Below the pieces are notes generated by a model. The model was given only the letters and a program-made list of their open reading frames with translations, did not search any database and was not told the DNA's origin. From an uncultured Candidatus Saccharibacteria bacterium (lineage in GTDB: Bacteria; Patescibacteriota; Minisyncoccia; Phycocordibacterales; SBAW01), in contig CAZMIU010000001.1 in the NCBI GenBank assembly GCA_964566795.1, forward strand, positions 79,388 to 143,387: a DNA stretch of 64,000 nt, read 5' to 3'. Positions within the stretch are counted from its first letter, which is position 1; every line of letters starts with the position of its first letter. Below are positions 18,692 through 27,117 of this stretch, in pieces. A program made the translations under genes and the position numbers.

Positions 18692-19171
18692 ATGAGTATC
18701 TCATCTGTGGGCGATGGGCATATCTTTGTCGAGGTTAAGGATCTTAAGGCGTTTTTTGATAAGGCAAAAAACTCAGACGGCAAGACAATCGGGCGCGGGC
18801 AGTTTGATTTCGTACTCCACATCACGGCGCTCCAGGGCGCAGTGTATATCCCGACCAGCATTGCCTCGGGCAAAAAGCCCACCGGCTTTGTCTACCAGAT
18901 AGAGGGCACCGCACAGGGGAGCATCTCGAGCGCGAGCGTGTCGGCCAAGGGCGAGGGCGTGTCGCAAGTCACGTTAGGCACCCTGGTGTATACCAAGATC
19001 CCGCAGGGCAAGACCGCCGCATGCAAAGCAATCGTGATGATAGAGGGGAGCGTTAACAAGGAGTACGGCGTGGTCATTAACCGCATCAACTACAAGCTCG
19101 ACCCGAGTGACGCCCGGTACAAAAAGTTTGATGTAGACCTCGCCTCCCGCGCCCTTGAGTTTAAGTACTAA
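18692..19171 (+). CDS. Hypothetical protein
   Basis: 159-aa ORF, TATACT 6 nt before ATG, terminator after. Confidence 0.65.
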   Translation: MSISSVGDGHIFVEVKDLKAFFDKAKNSDGKTIGRGQFDFVLHITALQGAVYIPTSIASGKKPTGFVYQIEGTAQGSISSASVSAKGEGVSQVTLGTLVYTKIPQGKTAACKAIVMIEGSVNKEYGVVINRINYKLDPSDARYKKFDVDLASRALEFKY

Positions 19172-19207
19172 AAGAAAAGGCCGGAGCATGCTCCGGCCTT
19201 TTCTTTT
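19171..19207. terminator. Palindromic bidirectional terminator
   Basis: AAAAGAAAAGGCCGGAGCATGCTCCGGCCTTTTCTTTT. Confidence 0.8.
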
Positions 19208-19210
19208 CTG

Positions 19211-19474
19211 CTCCTCGGGTAGGACTCGAACCTACAACCAACTCCTTACACGTATCCTCTAGTTACTTAGAGGCGTGGACTATATCACCATCCGCTTGGG
19301 ATGCTCCGGTATCTAGTCTCTACGGCGCCCCCAACCTCGTGTTGGGGTTCCCTCGGTGTTGCCCTTCTTATAAAAAGAATCGGGGTTCACCGATATCCCG
19401 GAGTTATTCGGTGCGCCTCGCGGCGCAAAGCTGCCAGTCGACAGGGAGCTGCTCTACCATTGAGCTACCGAGGA
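19211..19474 (-). tRNA. tRNA-Asn(GTT) interrupted by an intron
   Basis: 5' exon 19474-19441 and 3' exon 19248-19211 join to GCTCC-CT-GTT-AA-GGAGT; T-loop GGTTCGAGTCC; acceptor TCCTCGG/CCGAGGA. Confidence 0.93.
19249..19440 (-). ncRNA. Group I self-splicing intron, 192 nt, between anticodon positions 35 and 36
   Basis: P1 with U.G at the 5' splice site, P3 CTCCGG/CCGGAG, P4 TCGGTG/CACCGA, P7 GACTA/TAGTC, P9 hairpin, terminal G. Confidence 0.9.
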
Positions 19475-19555
19475 ATATGTCGAACATCGAACATTGAGAT
19501 TATACATAATTTTTGAGATTGAACAAACTTAACACCTGGTGTTATATTGCCTTTG

Positions 19556-19897
19556 ATGATAAAAGACTGCCGGTTACATGGGTCTGTAAAACACTTTCCA
19601 CGCCCGGACGGTGCATACCGTTGCGGCAAATGTGCGTCCGCGTGGGTGATAAAAAACAGACAAAAAAAGAAAGAGCGGCTGGTGCAGGAATTTGGCGGTC
19701 AATGCACTGTGTGCGGGTATAAAAAGTATGCAGGCGCACTCGACTTTCATCACACAAATCCAAAAAACAAGTCTTTTGCCCTGAGCGTCAAAGGCCTGTC
19801 GTATTCATGGGAGAGCCTGCTTAAGGAGGCTAAGAAATGTGTGTTGGTCTGCAAAAACTGCCATACAGAGATTGAGGCAGGGTTGCAATCTCTCTAG
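19556..19897 (+). CDS. HNH endonuclease with zinc-finger motifs
   Basis: RCGKC, CTVCG, ALDFHH, KCVLVCKNCH; AT-richer than flanks. Confidence 0.8.
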   Translation: MIKDCRLHGSVKHFPRPDGAYRCGKCASAWVIKNRQKKKERLVQEFGGQCTVCGYKKYAGALDFHHTNPKNKSFALSVKGLSYSWESLLKEAKKCVLVCKNCHTEIEAGLQSL

Positions 19898-20136
19898 TAG
19901 CGTTTCTGCAGAATTTCGTTAAAGCGGTCGGCTAACACGTCAAAGCCGGGTATGACACCCAATATAGACAAGAGCCAGCCAATGAGCACCACGCCCACGA
20001 TGGTGCCCAAGACAATCCCCACACCATAGAGCATGCCGTTTAAGAGGCTCTTGGTCGGCCGGTGCTCGGTATTTTCTTTAATCTCGTCGAGCAGGTGCTC
20101 TACCTTCTGTGCTTCCTGTTGTACCTGCGGGTCCAT
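19894..20136 (-). CDS. Small membrane protein (DUF5665-like)
   Basis: LNGMLYGVGIVLGTIVG TM segment. Confidence 0.6.
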   Translation of the reverse strand: MDPQVQQEAQKVEHLLDEIKENTEHRPTKSLLNGMLYGVGIVLGTIVGVVLIGWLLSILGVIPGFDVLADRFNEILQKRY

Positions 20137-20583
20137 TTACTTAGTATACAGCCCGGGTGAGTGTTTGATGCAGCGGCAGCCTTTGGGCTTTATGTAGGCC
20201 TCCCAATAGTCTTTGTCATAGTCGTAGCCGATCTCCTCGCCGGCCCTGATCTTACGCTTAGCCATGACAAACACGCGGTGTTTGTAGATATCAATCTCGG
20301 CGTTGGGGCGGCACGAGTGGTTAATGTAGCGGGCGGTGTTCCAGCGCGGGGCGCCGTCTATGGTGACCCCGCCTCCGGCGTCAAAGAGGTAGAGGCTGTT
20401 TGAGTCCTCCTCTTCCTGCTTGCTCAGTATCTTGCCCCGGTACTCGATAATGCAGGCGCCCTTCTTGATGTCCTCCAAGGCAAAGAGCCCTAGCCCCGCC
20501 ACGGAGCGCTTTACCTTTAAATTAAAATTGCCTGGCGTGTATTTTTTGGGCCAGGCAGCCTTCACAACCTTGTTTTTCTTCAT
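20137..20583 (-). CDS. SET domain protein-lysine methyltransferase
   Basis: GLGLFA, IIEYRG, ARYINHSCRPN, GEEIGYDY, CRC. Confidence 0.9.
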   Translation of the reverse strand: MKKNKVVKAAWPKKYTPGNFNLKVKRSVAGLGLFALEDIKKGACIIEYRGKILSKQEEEDSNSLYLFDAGGGVTIDGAPRWNTARYINHSCRPNAEIDIYKHRVFVMAKRKIRAGEEIGYDYDKDYWEAYIKPKGCRCIKHSPGLYTK

Positions 20584-20665
20584 ATTGGATATTCCTTTGT
20601 AGCATACGATAAGGCCGGGGTACAATGGGGACAGCGGGCGATTAGCAGGTAATCTAGCGTACGGG

Positions 20666-21028
20666 ATGAATTACAACATCAAGGGCACCGGTATCGAGGT
20701 TACTGATGAGCTTAGGGGCTACGTGGAGCGCCAGCTGGCGCACGCCGACAAATTTTTATCTCCTGACCCCACAGCCCATGTTGATGTAGAGCTGCAGTAT
20801 TTAGAGGACGGCCGCTCGGGCAAGTATCGCGCCGAGTTTACGGCCTCGGCCTCCGGAGAGGTCTACCGCGCGGAGCGCTGGGGCCAGACCATGCACGAGG
20901 CCATAGACGTGGCCGGGGCCGAGCTTGCCCAGGAGCTTTCCCGGGATAAAAAGAAAAAGCAGTCGGTATTGCGCCGCACCTCGGTGAGGGTGAAGGAATA
21001 CCTGCGCGGTTGGCGAAGCGACATCTAA
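20666..21028 (+). CDS. raiA: Ribosome hibernation factor (HPF/RaiA)
   Basis: IKGTGIEVTDELRGYVE, MHEAIDV. Confidence 0.85.
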   Translation: MNYNIKGTGIEVTDELRGYVERQLAHADKFLSPDPTAHVDVELQYLEDGRSGKYRAEFTASASGEVYRAERWGQTMHEAIDVAGAELAQELSRDKKKKQSVLRRTSVRVKEYLRGWRSDI

Positions 21029-21071
21029 TTTGCTAGGGTAGGCTTAGTTTGAACCACAAAAGGAGGGCGCT

Positions 21072-21545
21072 ATGCCCCAGATTGATACGACTGCGTCCGC
21101 AACAGAGCATAATCGCAGGTTCTATTCTGAGGAAGCTTGCAGGATGTGTGAGCGGGCGAGCAGGCTCGTTTCTGTACTCAACCACAATGAACCCCACGGC
21201 TCCTCGCCTTGGCTCGCGACCTTGGCCGAGCTTAAGGCGCTGGTGCCACCTGGCGTCTACGAACTCCACAAGAGCACCTCAGCAGACCTCAAGCTCTACA
21301 CCGTGCTCGGTGTGGGCGACCACACAGAGAAGAGGGGCGAGTTTCTTGTTGCCTGCATCGCGCACTATGCACCGCACAAGGGCAACTTGTGCTACCGACC
21401 TCTTTTGGGCGAGGGTGGGTTCTTGACTCCGGTTCGCAGGATGACCCACGACGACCCTGCGGTTGAGTACTATGTGCCGCGATTCAAGTTCGTCACCCAG
21501 TTGCCACTGAGTTTTGAGCACTTTGTTGAGCTCTCAACCGGCTAA
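21072..21545 (+). CDS. DUF1653-like protein (SD-led)
   Basis: GVYELHK..LYTVLGVGDHTE..RP..F..PRF; AAGGAGG SD. Confidence 0.55.
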   Translation: MPQIDTTASATEHNRRFYSEEACRMCERASRLVSVLNHNEPHGSSPWLATLAELKALVPPGVYELHKSTSADLKLYTVLGVGDHTEKRGEFLVACIAHYAPHKGNLCYRPLLGEGGFLTPVRRMTHDDPAVEYYVPRFKFVTQLPLSFEHFVELSTG

Positions 21546-21551
21546 CACCAA

Positions 21552-22325
21552 CTACCTTTGCCCTCGCTGATAATCAGCGTAGGGCATTTCTTTTTTCCCT
21601 TCGGGTAATACCTTTTCAATCACAAGTTCGCCATTACTCCAGCTGGCTTCGGTTACAATCACACGCTTGCCTTTGTCTGTAATAAAGTACGCGCGCGGGT
21701 TTTTATCGAATGCCCTGATTTTAAGGAATGCTTCGCGCGGCTTGGTAAGGTCTATAAGCGCGTCAGCGTCGTGATACTTTTTTGTAAACGTAGCCTCGCT
21801 CTCGTTTTGGTACTGCGGCGTGAGCGTGCCCTTCATAAGCGCGGGTAATATCTCCACCAAAAGGTTTACACCCTCCACAAAGAGCATCTCGCTCAAGAGG
21901 AGGCCTTTGGGTGGCCAATCACTCTCGTCTATCTCGATGCGTGCCTGGGCGAGTATGGGCCCGGCGTCCATGGTCTCGGTCATCTGCATCACGGTCACGC
22001 CTGTGGTGCGCTCGTCGGCCAGTATTGCGGATACATACGGAGAAGGGCCCCTAAACTTGGGCAAAAGGGACGGGTGGACGTTAATGCAGCCAAACTTTGG
22101 CAAATCTAAAATTGCTTTAGGCACAATTTTGCCAAACGAGCACACCAAGATAAAGTCCCACTCGCTATTTGTCAGCTCGTCCGGGAATTCTTTGGTGTCT
22201 ACCACAAGTGCGGGCTCGAGTCCGGCCTTCTTCAGGGCCCCCAAGGCAAAGTGAGAGTCAATGGAGGTGCCCAAAAAGGCAAACTTAACGTTACTTAGAC
22301 TCATGCAGGTCGCGCGCCTTATCAA
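21552..22325 (-). CDS. fmt: Methionyl-tRNA formyltransferase
   Basis: INVHPSLLPKFRGPSP, TGVTVMQM, MDAGPI. Confidence 0.92.
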   Translation of the reverse strand: MIRRATCMSLSNVKFAFLGTSIDSHFALGALKKAGLEPALVVDTKEFPDELTNSEWDFILVCSFGKIVPKAILDLPKFGCINVHPSLLPKFRGPSPYVSAILADERTTGVTVMQMTETMDAGPILAQARIEIDESDWPPKGLLLSEMLFVEGVNLLVEILPALMKGTLTPQYQNESEATFTKKYHDADALIDLTKPREAFLKIRAFDKNPRAYFITDKGKRVIVTEASWSNGELVIEKVLPEGKKEMPYADYQRGQR

Positions 22326-22821
22326 TAAAGAGTATGCCGTTTAGGTGGTCTACCTCGTGCTGGAAAATGTGTCCCAAAAGCCCGGTGGCGTTCTCCATCT
22401 GCGGCTTGCCGTGCTCGTCTGTGTACTTAAGGGTCACGCGCTCGTGGCGCTTGACCGTGCCATATATCGAGCGCACCGAGAGGCAGCCTTCCGACTCGTC
22501 CTTTTTGGTGCGCGAGGCGCGCGTAATCTCAGGGTTGATGTAGACCCGGTTGGGGTGTACCTCGTGCCGCTGTGTCTCCTCCTCGCCCTCCTCCATATAC
22601 ACACGGCCGGCTACGACAAACAGCCGCAGCGATGAGCCCACCTGCGGGGCCGCAATAGCCACGCCATACTTCTCGGGCGCCAAGGCCTTGTGCATCTTTT
22701 GTATGAGTTTGTTGAGGGCGGGGGAGCCGATGTCCTTTTTGGGCACGGGTTTTGCAATAGCGCGCAACACCGGGTCTCCCTCCTGCACTATTGGGTCTTT
22801 CACAAAATTACTATGCCACAT
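22291..22821 (-). CDS. def: Peptide deformylase
   Basis: GVAIAAPQVG, EGCLS, QHEVDHLNG. Confidence 0.95.
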   Translation of the reverse strand: MWHSNFVKDPIVQEGDPVLRAIAKPVPKKDIGSPALNKLIQKMHKALAPEKYGVAIAAPQVGSSLRLFVVAGRVYMEEGEEETQRHEVHPNRVYINPEITRASRTKKDESEGCLSVRSIYGTVKRHERVTLKYTDEHGKPQMENATGLLGHIFQHEVDHLNGILFIDKARDLHESK

Positions 22822-22837
22822 TTGCTATAGTTAATCT

Positions 22838-23170
22838 ATGCATCATATTGGCAAGCACATAAGTGGCGCGGTCCGCCCCAACAAAGAAAAGGTTACCGAG
22901 CGCGGCGAGCTGATGCGTTATTTTATGCACAAGCTGAACGTCTCGCGCGTGCGCGACGGTATGCCGCCACTCACTATGGGTCGCATGGGGCGCGTGTTGG
23001 TGGCGATACCCACCAAAGATCTCTATTACTTAAAGAGTGTCTGCGACGACTCGGACAAGCGTAACGGCATAGATGCGTTTTCTAAAAAGTTTTGGTGGGA
23101 GGTCAAGCCCCGCAAAGAAGAGGACGAGAAGAGGATCAGGGCCCAATCGAAGTCGAAGTTCAAGAAATAA
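22838..23170 (+). CDS. Hypothetical protein
   Basis: 110-aa ORF with -10 box immediately upstream. Confidence 0.65.
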   Translation: MHHIGKHISGAVRPNKEKVTERGELMRYFMHKLNVSRVRDGMPPLTMGRMGRVLVAIPTKDLYYLKSVCDDSDKRNGIDAFSKKFWWEVKPRKEEDEKRIRAQSKSKFKK

Positions 23171-23283
23171 AAGTGGGGATGGCGCGTACGCCATCCCCGT
23201 TGTTGCACGCTAGAAAGGAGTTCTAATGCTACCCCATCCCAAAGGTAGCATTAGTAAGCGTATCAAAGTATTATTCTTCTGCA

Positions 23284-24297
23284 ATGTCGCTATTCTCTCC
23301 CAAGCTCGGCATAGACCTCGGCACCTCAAACACGCTCGTGTTTGTGCCCGGTGTGGGTGTGGTGGTCAACGAGCCCTCGGTGGTCGCCATTAGCGAGGTA
23401 GACAAGCGCATTTTGGCCGTGGGGGCAGGGGCTAAGGAGATGATAGGCCGCACCCCCGGCGAGATTGTAGCCTACCGCCCCATGCGCGACGGCGTTATCG
23501 CCGATTACCGCGTGACTCAGGCCATGCTCAAGTATTTTATAGGCAAGGCAACTAGCCGCTGGTCTTTGTTTAAGCCCGATGTAATGGTTAGTGTGCCGAC
23601 CGGTGTCACCTCCACCGAGCGCCGCGCGGTGGTCGAGGCCGCGATACGCGCAGGTGCCAAGAGCGCCTACGTGGTTAAGGAGTCTGTGCTCGCGGCCATT
23701 GGCGCCGGCATTCCCATCCAGGAGCCGCGCGGGCACATGGTCGTTGACTTGGGCGCCGGCACCGCAGACGTTGCCGTGATATCACTCGGCGGCATTGTGG
23801 CCTCGACCTCTATCAAGGTATCGGGCGACAAACTGGACCACGCCATTGCCGACTATATAAAGAAGACTTTTAACTTAGCGATTGGCGACAAGACCGCCGA
23901 GGAGGTAAAGATTGCGATAGGCTCTGCGGTGCCCATAGAGGAGGAGCTAGTGGCGCATGTGCGCGGCCGCGATTTTATTACCGGCTTGCCGCGCCAGGCC
24001 GAGATTAAGACCAACGACATTGTTAAGGCGATGGGCAAGGAGCTTAGAGAGATTATCAAAGCCATCCGCGACGTGCTGCAGGAGACCCCGCCCGAACTTG
24101 CCTCAGACATTATAGACTCCGGCATTACGCTCACCGGTGGCACCGCTTTGCTCAGGAATTTCCCCGAGCTTATCTTGCGCCGCACCGGTGTTAAGGCGCA
24201 GGTCGCCGATGATGCCCTGTACTGCGTGGCCAAAGGCACAGGCATAGCGCTCTCGCACCTCGATACGTATAAGAAAGCAGTGATAGCTAAGCGATAG
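23284..24297 (+). CDS. mreB: MreB/Mbl actin-like protein
   Basis: GIDLGTSNT, EPSVVA, GVIADY, LTGGTALL. Confidence 0.93.
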   Translation: MSLFSPKLGIDLGTSNTLVFVPGVGVVVNEPSVVAISEVDKRILAVGAGAKEMIGRTPGEIVAYRPMRDGVIADYRVTQAMLKYFIGKATSRWSLFKPDVMVSVPTGVTSTERRAVVEAAIRAGAKSAYVVKESVLAAIGAGIPIQEPRGHMVVDLGAGTADVAVISLGGIVASTSIKVSGDKLDHAIADYIKKTFNLAIGDKTAEEVKIAIGSAVPIEEELVAHVRGRDFITGLPRQAEIKTNDIVKAMGKELREIIKAIRDVLQETPPELASDIIDSGITLTGGTALLRNFPELILRRTGVKAQVADDALYCVAKGTGIALSHLDTYKKAVIAKR

Positions 24298-24832
24298 CGA
24301 TAGCAACCGCAAGCACAAGCGCAACTAAGCCAGCCCCAATTTCAGAGACCGAACGCACGGTGGGGCGCAGCCAATACTGTGAAATCCACTCGTCGTGGGT
24401 GAGCGCCTCTGTGCGGGGCTCTTCTGTGCCAAACACCGAGACAAACCGCGTATCAAACGGCCACAGCCACGCAATGCCGCCAGGGCTTAGGGGTGGGGTG
24501 TCGTGCACAAAGTGCCAGGCCACGCACAAAAACGCCACAAGCGCCCATGCACTGCCTCCAAGTGCGTATGCCACGAGTGCCGCAAGCAGTATCAAAAACA
24601 GCGGGCGGTGCATGAGTGTCGTGTGGTGGCTTTCTATCCCTTTTTGGTCGGTGAGTATTGGGACAATAATGTCGAAGTCAGGAAGTACCGCGAGGATGGC
24701 ACCGAGCGCCAGGTGCCAGGGCAGGGGCTCGACCCCGAGCGCGCTGAGCGTGGCGGAGGCTATAAGCGCGCCCATACAGAGGTCTAAAAAGCCCGCCAAA
24801 AAGTCTCCAGCCAATATAAGCGCTCTTTGCAT
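24287..24832 (-). CDS. Membrane metal-dependent hydrolase (YdjM-like)
   Basis: LPDFD, HHTTLMH, HFVHD, GIAWLWPF. Confidence 0.7.
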   Translation of the reverse strand: MQRALILAGDFLAGFLDLCMGALIASATLSALGVEPLPWHLALGAILAVLPDFDIIVPILTDQKGIESHHTTLMHRPLFLILLAALVAYALGGSAWALVAFLCVAWHFVHDTPPLSPGGIAWLWPFDTRFVSVFGTEEPRTEALTHDEWISQYWLRPTVRSVSEIGAGLVALVLAVAIAIA

Positions 24833-24852
24833 CGCTCCTTTATACTACAGAT

Positions 24853-25455
24853 ATGCCGCATCACGCCTACTATATAGAAGGGCCGCTGAGCGTCTTTGCT
24901 GCGTATAAAGAGGCTCTGAGCCCTTACTATGCGCGGGAGTACGAGCGCTTTGGTATTGATGAGGCACGCGAGCTGCAGGCGCTTGCTTCGCTCAAGAACT
25001 ACACAGACGGTGTGTTTTTGCTCGCAGCTGCATCACTTACAAGTGAGGCGCAGCAGGCGCTACTGAAGCTTTTCGAAGAGCCACAAGAGGGGACTGTTTT
25101 TATTGTCATGGTATCGCATGGTGTGTTGTTGCCCACAGTAAAGTCCCGGATGCTTGAATATCCTGAACCTATTGAGCTAGATACAGACAGTACGAGTGCC
25201 AAAAAGTTTCTCAAACTCTCGGGCAAGGATCGCTCAGATTTTATAACCAAACTCCTAAAGGATGACGAGAACCAGAAAGAGCGCGTGAGAGATTTTATAC
25301 AGGCGCTTGAGGCAGAGCTGTACAAAAAGATACCCGAGCCTGCGGTACGCCAGGCTCTGGAGGACATTGCCATGGTGCGCGACTATGTGCGTGACCGCAG
25401 CCCCTCGCTGAAGATGCTCCTGGAGCACCTGGCACTCGCATTGCCAACTGGCTAG
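24853..25455 (+). CDS. holB: DNA polymerase III delta' subunit-like protein
   Basis: TSEAQQALLKLFEEP, LLPTVKSR. Confidence 0.7.
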   Translation: MPHHAYYIEGPLSVFAAYKEALSPYYAREYERFGIDEARELQALASLKNYTDGVFLLAAASLTSEAQQALLKLFEEPQEGTVFIVMVSHGVLLPTVKSRMLEYPEPIELDTDSTSAKKFLKLSGKDRSDFITKLLKDDENQKERVRDFIQALEAELYKKIPEPAVRQALEDIAMVRDYVRDRSPSLKMLLEHLALALPTG

Positions 25456-25489
25456 GCCGTGCTATAGTCCCGCTTAGAGGAGGTGTGTC

Positions 25490-25729
25490 ATGAGAAAGAA
25501 GAGGCAGTTAACCTTGTCCGAGCAGCTCGTCTACGAGGAAGTCTTAAGGCATCCGACCGCAACCATCGACATGGTCCACCAGGCGGTGCAGGCCCGCGCA
25601 GGGCACCCCTACGCACGCGGTCTCGTAGTCGAGATACTCAAGAGGCTAAATGAGATGGGCAGGGTCAAGCGCCGACCCCAGCAGCGCATCGAGGGCAGGC
25701 AACTTAGCGTCTACAGCGCTGTTGCCTGA
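25490..25729 (+). CDS. Small winged-helix-like protein (SD-led)
   Basis: LTLSEQLVYE..LKRLNEMGRVKR; GAGGAGG SD. Confidence 0.55.
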   Translation: MRKKRQLTLSEQLVYEEVLRHPTATIDMVHQAVQARAGHPYARGLVVEILKRLNEMGRVKRRPQQRIEGRQLSVYSAVA

Positions 25730-25784
25730 TATCAACTGGTCCGGCTCCCTTTGGGGCCGGACTGTTTGTTTGTATCATTCCTGC

Positions 25785-26477
25785 ATGACCCCAAAGAAGC
25801 TCGCAGAACGCCGGGCGCGCATACAAAAGCTCAACCGCGTCCTTACAAAGCTCTACCCAAAGGCCGCAATCGAGCTCAACTTTAAGAGCCCGTGGGAGCT
25901 TATGGTGGCGGTGCAGCTCTCGGCCCAGTCGACCGACAAAGGGGTCAATAAGATAACGCAGATGCTGTTTAAAAAGTATAAGACGCTCGAGGACTACGTT
26001 GAGGCAGATCAAAAGGAGTTTGAGCAGGACATCTTTGCCTCTGGGTTTTATCGCAACAAGGCGCGCAACATCTTGGGCGCGGCCCGGATGGTTAAAAATG
26101 AGTTTGGCGGCAAACTCCCTACAACAATAGAGGAGATGCTGAGGCTCCCTGGCGTGGCGCGCAAGACCGCCACGGTGGTGCTCAAGGAGGCGCATGGCGT
26201 GGTGGCGGGCATCACGGTAGACACGCACGTGATCAGGTTTGTGCAGCGCTATGATCTCTCGGACTACAAAGACCCGGTGCGTATAGAAAAAGATTTAATG
26301 CAGCTCCTGCCGCGGCAAGAGTGGGGGACCTTTACCCACCGCATCATCCACTACGGCCGCTACCTCGCCCCGGCGAGAGTGTATGACACCACCCTGGACC
26401 CACTGGTCAAAATCTACCCACCTGCCGCCAAAAAATTCCGGGTTAACTCCGGAAAATCCTCTTTAAAAAACCCTTAG
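25785..26477 (+). CDS. nth: Endonuclease III lacking the 4Fe-4S cysteines
   Basis: LSAQSTD, LPGVARKTA, VDTHV. Confidence 0.9.
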   Translation: MTPKKLAERRARIQKLNRVLTKLYPKAAIELNFKSPWELMVAVQLSAQSTDKGVNKITQMLFKKYKTLEDYVEADQKEFEQDIFASGFYRNKARNILGAARMVKNEFGGKLPTTIEEMLRLPGVARKTATVVLKEAHGVVAGITVDTHVIRFVQRYDLSDYKDPVRIEKDLMQLLPRQEWGTFTHRIIHYGRYLAPARVYDTTLDPLVKIYPPAAKKFRVNSGKSSLKNP

Positions 26478-26562
26478 CCCCAAATGCACAGCTCGCATTT
26501 GGCCGCCCCCGCCTAGGTTTTTGTAAATGGAGTTTTCATGCGGTTTGGTATACTACCTTTAT

Positions 26563-27114
26563 ATGGCATACGACTTTAAACCCTTCGAGAAGCGCATTAA
26601 AGAGATCGAGGAGCGGCTAGGGAAGGAGCTCGCGAGCGTGCGCACCGGCAGAGCCACGCCGGCAATACTTGACGGCATTACGGTCGAGAGCTATGGCTCA
26701 AGGGTCCCTATCACTCAGGTGGGCAACATTGCGGTAGAGGACGCGCGCTCTTTGCGGATTACGCCGTGGGATGCCTCGATGGGCAAAGAGATAGAGAAGG
26801 CGATCATGGTCGCCAACCTGGGGTTGGCCGTGGGCGCAGACGAGAAGGGTGTACGCGTCTCGTTCCCCGAGCTTACCAGTGAGCGCCGCGTCACGCTCCT
26901 TAAGCTCGCCAAAGAAAAGGTAGAGGAGATCCGCACGATGCTCAGAGCCGCCCGCGACGAGGTGTGGAACGACATCCAGGCAAAAGAGAAGGCAAAGGCC
27001 ATGTCGGAGGACGATAAGTTTAGGGCAAAGGATGAGATGCAAAAGCGCGTCGATGCCGCCAACGCCGCCTTTGACCAGGCTCTCGAGCGCAAAGAAAAAG
27101 AGATAGCTTCATAA
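26563..27114 (+). CDS. frr: Ribosome recycling factor
   Basis: RTGRATP, PELTSERR. Confidence 0.95.
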   Translation: MAYDFKPFEKRIKEIEERLGKELASVRTGRATPAILDGITVESYGSRVPITQVGNIAVEDARSLRITPWDASMGKEIEKAIMVANLGLAVGADEKGVRVSFPELTSERRVTLLKLAKEKVEEIRTMLRAARDEVWNDIQAKEKAKAMSEDDKFRAKDEMQKRVDAANAAFDQALERKEKEIAS

Positions 27115-27117
27115 GAG

